From Gammaproteobacteria bacterium (lineage in GTDB: Bacteria; Pseudomonadota; Gammaproteobacteria; Natronospirales; REEB76): a DNA stretch of 64,000 bases. Position numbers and translations under genes: made by a program. The notes beneath the pieces are model-generated. The model saw only the letters and a list, made by a program, of their open reading frames with translations, was not told the DNA's origin and searched no databases. Below, one piece after another: positions 55,272 through 62,899 of this stretch. The DNA lies in contig DASVOS010000009.1 of assembly GCA_036383255.1 (NCBI GenBank), positions 47,287 through 111,286 on the forward strand, written 5' to 3'. Each line of letters opens with the position of its first letter. The stretch's first letter is position 1.

Positions 55272-55540
55272 GCGACGACTCCCTTCGATCTTTAGTTAGA
55301 GTGCGAACGTTCGTGTAATCAGCCCAGTGCCGCTGAAGCTACGCGGTTTTTGGGGTATAAACTAGCTCAAGGAAGCATCCGGTGGGGGCACCGGACGTGC
55401 TTTGAGGGATCAGAGGGAGCGCCGAGCGGCCGGAAGGGTCGGTCGCCGGTGTGGGACGATGAGTCCGTTTCCAGTTCAGGGAAGATCCACGCCGACCAGC
55501 CTCGACGCCGCTGCGCGTGCCGCAACAGTGGGGGAGAGGC

Positions 55541-56575
55541 ATGGCCAAGACCGCATTCAGGCCGGACGACACGACCACCGATATCCGCAATGCGCTCCAG
55601 CAGGAGCGCAGGATCAAGTCCGACTTCACCTCCAACATCCGCGACGGCGCCAGGCTCTACGGCCGCGCACGTGCCTGTCTGCAGTGGCTGTTCGAGGACG
55701 TGCAGGCCAAGCGCCCACTCGACCTCGACATCGCCAAGGAGGTCGTGCAGGCCATCTTCGACAGCCTGGCCAAGAACCCCAATGTGCTGCTGTGGATCAC
55801 CAACCTGCAGTTTCCGCAGGAGGCCAATGCCTGCCACAACTTCAACGTGGCGGTGCTGTCCATGGTGTTCGGCCGGCATCGCGGCATGAGCCGCAGTGAT
55901 GTCATGGCGCTCGGCCTCGGCGGCATGCTGCATGACCTCGGCAAAGCCCACCTGCCGTCTTCCATACTGGAACGACCCTCGCGACTCACGCCGGATGAGA
56001 TGCAGGTCGTCCGGCGCCATGCGGAGCAGGGCCACGACATGCTCGATGCCGGCCAGCTCACCAAGCCGGTGCTGGACATCGTCCGTTACCACCACGAGCG
56101 CGCCGACGGCAGCGGCTACCCCGAAGGCCTGTTCGGAGGCAGCCTGCCGGACCTGCCGCGCATGGTTGCCATCGCCGACGCCTACGACAGCATGACCGGC
56201 GGCTACTACCGCCGTCCCATGACGCCTACCGGCGCATTGCGGGTGCTCAAGAACCAGGCCGGCGAGGAGTACGGCGTGGAACTGGTGGAGGAATTCATCC
56301 GCTGCCTGGGCACCTACCCCGTGGGCAGCCTGGTGGAGCTGAACTCCGGCTCGGTGGTGATGGTGGTGGGCTCCAACCCCAGCGCGCGGCTCAAGCCCCT
56401 GATCATGTTCGTGCGCAACGAGGAAGGGCGGCTGGAGCGTCCCCGCATGCTCAACGACCTGTCCAAGTACTCCGATGAGGAGCTGGCGGAACGCTGGGGC
56501 ATCCAGCGGCTGGTGGACCCGCTCGATTATGGGATCGACATGTGGCAGGTCATCCTGGAAGAGATCCAGTTCTAG
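55541..56575 (+). CDS. HD-GYP domain c-di-GMP phosphodiesterase (short form)
   Basis: The ATG at 55541 follows GGAGAGG (the track starts at the GTG at 55517). HDLGK, RRHAEQG and HHERADGSGYPEGL motifs. Confidence 0.8.
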   Translation: MAKTAFRPDDTTTDIRNALQQERRIKSDFTSNIRDGARLYGRARACLQWLFEDVQAKRPLDLDIAKEVVQAIFDSLAKNPNVLLWITNLQFPQEANACHNFNVAVLSMVFGRHRGMSRSDVMALGLGGMLHDLGKAHLPSSILERPSRLTPDEMQVVRRHAEQGHDMLDAGQLTKPVLDIVRYHHERADGSGYPEGLFGGSLPDLPRMVAIADAYDSMTGGYYRRPMTPTGALRVLKNQAGEEYGVELVEEFIRCLGTYPVGSLVELNSGSVVMVVGSNPSARLKPLIMFVRNEEGRLERPRMLNDLSKYSDEELAERWGIQRLVDPLDYGIDMWQVILEEIQF

Positions 56576-56743
56576 TCCACGACTCGCCATGCCCCGCGGT
56601 GCCGCCGGGTGCCGATGGGCGGCCTTGGGCCTGACCGGCCAAATTAGGTAAAATCCCCCCGACCGATATCCCATTCGCCACGGCTCCGGCCCTGGCCGGC
56701 TCGGAGCCGGCCTGAGCCCCGCCTGCAGTTCCAAGGACCGACG

Positions 56744-57967
56744 ATGCGCCGCAAGGTAAACGTGTCTGAACTCGTGATCGGCATGTACGTGGCCGAGCTG
56801 GACAAGCCCTGGGACAAGAGCTCGTTCCTGTTCCAGGGCTTCGGCATCGAGACCGACGAGGACCTGGCGAAGCTGCGCGAGGAGTGCCAGTTCGTCTACA
56901 TCGACGAGGTGCAGTCCACGCCGGCCTCCCTCAAGGCGCCTGCGCCGCGCCCGGTCACGGGCGGCGGCGTGAGCACCACCATCACCAGCCGCGGGCCGGC
57001 AGACGCGACTCCCTTCAAGCGCGAGATGAAGGAGGTGGTGCAGGCCCAGCAGATGGCCCGTACCAACATCAGCCGGGTACTGGACGAAGCGCGCCTCGGC
57101 AAGACGCTGGACACCAAGGAGACCAAGGGCGCCGTCACTCAGATGGTGAGCGCGGTCACCGCCAACCCGAACTCCATGCTCTGGCTTGCGAACCTGCGCC
57201 TCAAGCACGAGCGCACCGCCAGCCACTGCCTCAACTCCGCGATCCTGTGCATCGCCTTCGGCAAGCATATCGGCCTCTCCGAGGTGGACCTCAACATACT
57301 GGGGCAGGGCGCCATGCTGCATGACATCGGCAAGGTGCGCGTGCCTCCGGCCATCCTCGACAAGGCCGGCGGGCTCACCGAGGCCGAGCAGCAGGTGGTG
57401 CGCAAGCATCCCGTCGATGGCGAGGCGGTCCTTAAGCTCACCCGCCAGCTGCCCGACAAGGTGCTGGAGATCGTGCGTCACCACCACGAGCGCATAGACG
57501 GCAAGGGCTATCCCGACGGCCTCGCCGGCGACGCGGTACCGCTGGGCGCGCGCATCGTCGGCATGGTGGATACCTACGACAGCCTCACCAGCGAGACCCC
57601 ATATCACGCGGCACTCACGCCGGCGGATGCACTCGCCGTGCTGCGCACGGAAGGCGCCGATGCCTATGGCAAGGATCTGGTGCAGGAGTTCATCCGCTGT
57701 CTCGGCATCTACCCGATCGGCAGCTTGGTGCAGTGCAACAACGGCGCGCTGGCGGTGGTGGTGTCCTCCACGCCGGCCTCACGCCTCAAGCCCGTGATCA
57801 TGGTGGTGCGCGACGAGCGCGGCAAGGAGACGCGGCCGCGCATGCTGCTCAGCCTCGCCACGATGGATGCCAGCCTGGTGACGCGGTGGGGCCTCAAGGG
57901 CAACGTGGATCCCAAGGCGCACAACGTGGACCTCTCCGCCATCATCGCGGAAGAGACCGGCACCTGA
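56744..57967 (+). CDS. HD-GYP domain c-di-GMP phosphodiesterase with an N-terminal DUF3391-like domain
   Basis: 407 aa. N-terminus LVIGMYVAELDKPW; HDIGK and HHERIDGKGYPDGL. The C-terminal region is paralogous to the preceding gene. Confidence 0.85.
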   Translation: MRRKVNVSELVIGMYVAELDKPWDKSSFLFQGFGIETDEDLAKLREECQFVYIDEVQSTPASLKAPAPRPVTGGGVSTTITSRGPADATPFKREMKEVVQAQQMARTNISRVLDEARLGKTLDTKETKGAVTQMVSAVTANPNSMLWLANLRLKHERTASHCLNSAILCIAFGKHIGLSEVDLNILGQGAMLHDIGKVRVPPAILDKAGGLTEAEQQVVRKHPVDGEAVLKLTRQLPDKVLEIVRHHHERIDGKGYPDGLAGDAVPLGARIVGMVDTYDSLTSETPYHAALTPADALAVLRTEGADAYGKDLVQEFIRCLGIYPIGSLVQCNNGALAVVVSSTPASRLKPVIMVVRDERGKETRPRMLLSLATMDASLVTRWGLKGNVDPKAHNVDLSAIIAEETGT

Positions 57968-58002
57968 TCGTCCCGGCGGCAACCCGCCGCCGGCATGCAC
58001 GA

Positions 58003-58024
58003 GCATCGGGTGATCACCCGATGC
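58003..58024. repeat. 22-bp perfect palindrome GCATCGGGTGATCACCCGATGC
   Basis: Read directly. Intergenic, 114 nt upstream of the DUF1328 start. Confidence 0.8.
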
Positions 58025-58137
58025 CTCCGACCTGAAACACCGCGCTCCAGACGGCTCTGTGCACGGCAGCACAGAAACAGCCGGCAGCACCCTGTAGTTT
58101 CGCTTTCGAGCACACAAGAAATACAGGAGTGCCGCAC

Positions 58138-58314
58138 ATGCTTTACTGGACTGGAGTGTTCCTCGTAATCGCCATCATCGCCGCCATCTTCGGTTTCGGC
58201 GGGATCGCCTCGGGCGCGGTGGGCGTCGCGAAGGTGTTGTTCTTCATCTTCGTCGTGTTGTTCCTGCTGTCCCTCGTGTTCGGCATCTCGCGCCGTGGCC
58301 GGCCCAAGATCTGA
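58138..58314 (+). CDS. DUF1328 (UPF0391) small membrane protein
   Basis: 58 aa from [29 protein letters not shown] precedes the start. Confidence 0.75.
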   Translation: MLYWTGVFLVIAIIAAIFGFGGIASGAVGVAKVLFFIFVVLFLLSLVFGISRRGRPKI

Positions 58315-58369
58315 CGGCCGGATCCGGCGGACAGGCATCATCAACCATGCAAACGACAGGAGAAATGAG

Positions 58370-58705
58370 ATGAGTGCTAACAACGGCCTGATACCGCAGG
58401 CGAGCAAGGAGAAGCTGCTTGCCGACTTCGAGGCCCTCATCGCGGACACGGAAGAGCTGCTGGGTGCCACAGCGAACCAGGGCGGCGAGAGGCTGGCGGC
58501 GCTGCGCAACAAGATGACCAACCGCCTGGAGGAGGCCAAGACCCGCATCACCGATGCGGAGCAGCGGGTGATGGAACGCACGCGCGCTGCTGCCAAGGCC
58601 ACCGATACCTACGTGCAGGAGAACCCCTGGCAATCGGCGTTCATCGCCGGCGGCGTAGGCTTCGTGCTCGGCTTCCTGCTGACCCGGGGTTCGTCGTCGA
58701 GATGA
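58370..58705 (+). CDS. ElaB/YqjD/DUF883 family membrane-anchored ribosome-binding protein
   Basis: 111 aa from MSANNGLI. Helical body, then the C-terminal anchor ENPWQSAFIAGGVGFVLGFLL. Confidence 0.8.
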   Translation: MSANNGLIPQASKEKLLADFEALIADTEELLGATANQGGERLAALRNKMTNRLEEAKTRITDAEQRVMERTRAAAKATDTYVQENPWQSAFIAGGVGFVLGFLLTRGSSSR

Positions 58706-59109
58706 CGATGGAAGCGGGGCAGCTGGGAGTAGGCGCTGCGGCGCCGCGGCCAGGCGTGCTGGCCTCGGCCAAGACCTTCCTCGCGACCCTCGTCGCGATC
58801 GTCGGCACGCGCCTGGAGATTCTCGCCACCGAGCTGGAGGAGGAGCGGCTGCGTCTGGGCTCGATCGTGGCTTGGGCCGCCTGCACCTTGCTATTCGCTG
58901 CATTGGCACTGATCTTCCTGTCGTTGCTGGTGGTCGTGGTGTTCTGGGACGACCACCGCGTGGCGGCACTGGTGTGTGTCTCGCTCGCGTACCTGCTGCT
59001 CGGCGGCGTGTCGGCCACCCAGCTCTACAAGCGGCTGATGCGCCGCTCGCCGCTGTTCGCCGCCACCCTGGATGAACTGCGCAAGGACCAGGTGGGGCTG
59101 CAGCCGTGA
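58702..59109 (+). CDS. YqjE-like (phage-holin-3/DUF1469-like) membrane protein
   Basis: 135 aa with two TM helices. ATGA overlap with the elaB-like gene. Same order as E. coli yqjD-yqjE-yqjK. Confidence 0.65.
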   Translation: MTMEAGQLGVGAAAPRPGVLASAKTFLATLVAIVGTRLEILATELEEERLRLGSIVAWAACTLLFAALALIFLSLLVVVVFWDDHRVAALVCVSLAYLLLGGVSATQLYKRLMRRSPLFAATLDELRKDQVGLQP

Positions 59110-59432
59110 AATCCCCGCGGGATGGCCGGCTGGCGGCCCTGCGGCGCCGGCGAGCGATGCTGGTGGACCGTGCCGCGGACGAGCGGGCCACCTTGGCGGC
59201 GGCGCGGGAACGGCTGGAACATCCCCTCCACTGGTTCGACGTCGGTATGGACCTCGCGGGTTCCTTGCGTACCGGCCCCAAGGTCATGGGCATCCCCGCC
59301 TTCGCTGGCATGCTGGCACTAAGCTCCCGCTTGCCGCGGTTGAGGACTTGGCTCGCGCGCGGTCTGATGGTCTACCAGGTCGGGCGTTTCCTGCACTCAC
59401 ATCTCGGCCAGAGGACGCAGGCGCTGCACTGA
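59106..59432 (+). CDS. YqjK-like protein
   Basis: 108 aa with a GTGA overlap start. RRRAMLVDRAADERATLAAARERL followed by a hydrophobic segment. Confidence 0.55.
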   Translation: MKSPRDGRLAALRRRRAMLVDRAADERATLAAARERLEHPLHWFDVGMDLAGSLRTGPKVMGIPAFAGMLALSSRLPRLRTWLARGLMVYQVGRFLHSHLGQRTQALH

Positions 59433-59452
59433 GCGGCGGTGAGGCGTGGGAC

Positions 59453-59468
59453 TCAGGTGATCACCTGA
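59453..59468. repeat. 16-bp perfect palindrome TCAGGTGATCACCTGA
   Basis: Read directly. Intergenic, 141 nt upstream of the first BON gene. Shares the GGTGATCACC core with 58003-58024. Confidence 0.8.
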
Positions 59469-59608
59469 CGATATGTCCCGCGTCCTTGTGAGTTACTGCA
59501 CGGAAATTATCTTCCCGCACGCACATGATGTCCCATAGGTACCCGGACACCGTGTACCCGCCCACCCGCCGATGAACCTGAAATAACGGATAAAGCTGCA
59601 AGGAGCAC

Positions 59609-60037
59609 ATGATGAAAACCCTGATCAAGATCACCACCGCCACGGCCGCCGCTGCGATGCTGGCCGCCGCCATCGGCTGCGCGGACCATGCCACCCGCGA
59701 CAACGCCGGCTACGGCGCCACGGACCAGTCGACGACTTCCTCTGACCAGTCAGTCGCGTCCACCGGTACTTCCGACCAGTCGTCGGCCACCAGCACGAAC
59801 AGTGCGGTGGTGGACGATGTGACCCTCACCAACAACGTGCAGGCCACCCTGGCGAACACCCCGGGCGTGAAAGCCAACCAGATCACCGTGCAGTCCAGTG
59901 ACGGCGTGGTGACGCTGCGCGGCGACGTGGACAGCCAGGATGCCGCCAACGCGGCCGTACAGGCCGCCCAGGGCGTGAACGGCGTGTCTTCGGTGCAGAA
60001 CCAGCTCAACGTCTCCGGCTCCCAGCCTCCGCGCTGA
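59609..60037 (+). CDS. single-BON-domain lipoprotein (OsmY-like)
   Basis: 142 aa. Lipobox-like AAIGC, a Ser/Thr-rich linker, then a BON domain (DDVTLTNNVQATLANTPGVKANQITVQSSDGVVTLRGDV). Confidence 0.8.
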   Translation: MMKTLIKITTATAAAAMLAAAIGCADHATRDNAGYGATDQSTTSSDQSVASTGTSDQSSATSTNSAVVDDVTLTNNVQATLANTPGVKANQITVQSSDGVVTLRGDVDSQDAANAAVQAAQGVNGVSSVQNQLNVSGSQPPR

Positions 60038-60154
60038 CTTCCGTCACCGCCGGGAGCCTACGCTTCCGGCGGTGACTGTCCGGACGGGCGGGGGACGTGT
60101 GTACCCTGCTGCGGCCCGGCACGACTCATCCCAAACCTATAAGGAGCATCTTCA

Positions 60155-60535
60155 ATGAAGCCCATAAGAACGTTTTCCGTCATGTTGGTAGCCTCGACCA
60201 TGCTGCTCAGCCTTGCGGGCTGCGCCACCGACCATGAGGACATGAACCGCCGCGTCACCACCACGACCACCACCACGACCACCGGTCCCAACGCCACGGC
60301 CCAGGCCGGCGACGTGGATGACCTCACCCTCGCCAACAACGTGCGCGCCACGCTCGCGAGCACGCCTGGCGTGGACTCCCACTACATCAACGTGGATGCC
60401 GACGAAGGCGTGGTGACCCTGAGTGGCGACGTGCCGAGCTCTGCCATGGCCACCGCGGCGATCTCCGCGACCCAGAGCGTGGCCGGCGTGCGATCGGTCC
60501 ACAGCGATCTCAACATCAACAACCCGCCGCGCTAA
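60155..60535 (+). CDS. single-BON-domain lipoprotein (OsmY-like)
   Basis: 126 aa. Lipobox LSLAGC, a poly-Thr linker (TTTTTTTTTG), then a BON domain (DDLTLANNVRATLASTPGVDSHYINVDADEGVVTLSGDV). Confidence 0.8.
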   Translation: MKPIRTFSVMLVASTMLLSLAGCATDHEDMNRRVTTTTTTTTTGPNATAQAGDVDDLTLANNVRATLASTPGVDSHYINVDADEGVVTLSGDVPSSAMATAAISATQSVAGVRSVHSDLNINNPPR

Positions 60536-60554
60536 TACGCAGCTAGACATGAAA

Positions 60555-60596
60555 GAGGCCGCCGCCGGTGATGCCGGCGGCGGCCTCATGCTTTTC
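60555..60596. terminator. strong GC hairpin between convergent BON and cfa genes
   Basis: GAGGCCGCCGCCGG-TGATG-CCGGCGGCGGCCTC, then ATGCTTTTC. Confidence 0.65.
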
Positions 60597-60604
60597 GAGG
60601 ATCC

Positions 60605-61771
60605 TCAGCGGGGCGCCACGTAGCCGCCTGCGACACCATGGGGCGACAGCACGACCTGCCAGAGCTGGTTCTTGCGGGCCCGGAACGAGGCGGCGCAGGA
60701 GCTGAGGTAGAACATCCACATGCGGCGGAAGGTCTCGTCGAAGCGCTCCTGCAGGATGCCCCAACTGCGCAGGAAGTTCTCGCGCCAGGCGAGGAGGGTG
60801 CGATCGTAGTGCACGCCGAAGTTGTGCCAGTCTTCCATCACGAACAGGCCCTCGGTGGCCTCGCCGATCTGGCGGATGGAAGGCAGCATGCCGTTCGGGA
60901 AGATGTACTTGGCGATCCAGGGGTCGGTCTCATGCACGCTGAGGTTGCTGCCGATGCTGTGAAGCAGGAACAGGCCGTCGTCCGTCAGGCAACGCCGCGC
61001 CACTTCCATGTAGGTGCGGTAGTTCTTGTAGCCCACATGCTCGAACATGCCGATCGAGAACACACGGTCGAAGCGCTCGTCCAGCTCGCGGTAGTCCATG
61101 AGCCGGAACTCCAGCGGCAAGCCGCGACAGAGCGCGCGCGCATAGACCGCCTGCTCCTGGGACACCGTGACGCCGACGCCGCTGATGCCGTAGCGTTCGG
61201 CTGCCAGCCGCAGGGCTTCGCCCCAGCCGCAGCCGATGTCCAGCACCCGCATGCCGGGTTCAAGGCCGAGCTTGCGGAACACGAGCTCGAGCTTGGCCTC
61301 CTGGGCTGCATCCAAGTCGCGGGCCTCGGCCCAATAGCCGCAGCTGTACACCAGGCGCCGGCCCAGCATGCGCCGGTACAGCTCCGTATCCAGGTCGTAA
61401 TGGCGCCGGCCCACCTCGAAGGCCCTCGATCGGCTCTGCTGGTTAAAGAGCCGTGCCCGCAGTGCGGCCAGCTTGAGGTCCCAGGTGGGATGGTCATCGA
61501 GCCTGGCCATGAGCAGCCGGTAGACCATCCCGTCCAGGTCTTCAGAGTCCCACCAGCCCTCCATGTAGGACTCGCCCATGCCCACGGAACCATGGGCCAA
61601 GACCCGCTGGTAGAAGCCGGAGTGGTGGACCTGGATGTCCCAGGGGTTGGGGCCGTCTATCTCGACGCCGACACCGGCCAGCAGCTTCTCGAATTCCCTC
61701 CGGTAAAGGGATCCCTGGGCATTGCCCGCGTGGCCGCGAGCACCGATCTGCATGTCCATTGCGCGAGACAT
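60605..61771 (-). CDS. cfa: cyclopropane-fatty-acyl-phospholipid synthase
   Basis: 388 aa. GESYMEGWWD, SAM motif VLDIGCGWGE, and FDRVFSIGMFEHVG. Confidence 0.9.
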   Translation of the reverse strand: MSRAMDMQIGARGHAGNAQGSLYRREFEKLLAGVGVEIDGPNPWDIQVHHSGFYQRVLAHGSVGMGESYMEGWWDSEDLDGMVYRLLMARLDDHPTWDLKLAALRARLFNQQSRSRAFEVGRRHYDLDTELYRRMLGRRLVYSCGYWAEARDLDAAQEAKLELVFRKLGLEPGMRVLDIGCGWGEALRLAAERYGISGVGVTVSQEQAVYARALCRGLPLEFRLMDYRELDERFDRVFSIGMFEHVGYKNYRTYMEVARRCLTDDGLFLLHSIGSNLSVHETDPWIAKYIFPNGMLPSIRQIGEATEGLFVMEDWHNFGVHYDRTLLAWRENFLRSWGILQERFDETFRRMWMFYLSSCAASFRARKNQLWQVVLSPHGVAGGYVAPR

Positions 61772-62378
61772 CCTCGTGGGAAGAGTGACGATGGCTCACG
61801 ATTGACCATTCCTGGGCTGGATGCTCGGTGCTCGGTCACAGATTGCCAGGGAGGGGTGACCGGATGGACGAGATGGGAATCAGATTGAGGGCGCTTTAGC
61901 CGCCTAAAGCACCTCCTGGACGTATCCCTATAATGCGCATAATGTATATTATGTAAGATTAATGAGGTATGGAGATGGGCAAGCGGCGGCTATGCGGGCG
62001 ACACGCTGCCCTGTTCCACACATTGCAAGTTGATTAGAGAAATGAAACTCATCTGTTTGATATTTAATACTATTTATAACTCGCCACCGCTACCGTGACC
62101 CAAACAGAGTGATTAGGATTACTGATGAGATGGCGGGGAACTGCCCTGCTCCTGATTTGGCCTGAGAGCAGTGGAGGCGGGTGTGGACATACCGAAGCGA
62201 GGGCCTCTGCAAGTCGTCCTATAAAGCTTTAGGGAGCCGGCGCTTAGATGCGAAAGCTGAGCGAGTTTGGATGTGCATGTCAGACCGGCCTGGCGCATTC
62301 CTGCTCACACTGTGCGGAGCGGAGCCAAGCCTCTACAATGGGCGCCCGCATCGACGCGGCACGGTCCTCGGGCGACTG

Positions 62379-62753
62379 ATGTCAGAAGAAAAACGCACCT
62401 TCGACCGCATCGAGACCGAACACTCGATCCGCATCCTCTGCGAGGACGGCAGCAGCTTCCCGGCCATCGCCGCCAACATCTCCCTGACAGGGCTCCAGAT
62501 CCTCTGCGACCAGCCCACCATGGACCGGATCAGCCCCCATGGCCTGGAGACCAAGGCCGCCCATGACGTGCCCATTCGGGTCCGGGTTACGGTCCCGGAC
62601 ATGCCCGAGAACCAGTCCAAGCTGGGCCTGTTCGGCCGGGTGGTCTCGGTCCGGGCAGGGGGCCAGGATGAGTTCCGGATCGGTGTCCAATTCACGGATT
62701 TCGAGCCGGGCAGCTACAACGCCCTCGAGCATTATCTCGACACGCATCTATAG
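62379..62753 (+). CDS. stand-alone canonical PilZ-domain c-di-GMP receptor
   Basis: 124 aa from MSEEKRTFDRIE. RxxxR (RTFDR) and N.S..G (NISLTG) are both present. The track ORF carries an implausible 66-codon upstream extension. Confidence 0.7.
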   Translation: MSEEKRTFDRIETEHSIRILCEDGSSFPAIAANISLTGLQILCDQPTMDRISPHGLETKAAHDVPIRVRVTVPDMPENQSKLGLFGRVVSVRAGGQDEFRIGVQFTDFEPGSYNALEHYLDTHL

Positions 62754-62899
62754 AAAAGCGTAGCTTCCACAAACAGGTCCGGGAGGCTCCTTCAGGGGGA
62801 GCAAGCCCGGCACGGATGAGGGGGCCGGACGCCGTCGCGTTCCGGCTGTCATCGGATTGCCCGTCCCCGCGTCCCATCCCAAGGTTTCCCCTGCGGAGC

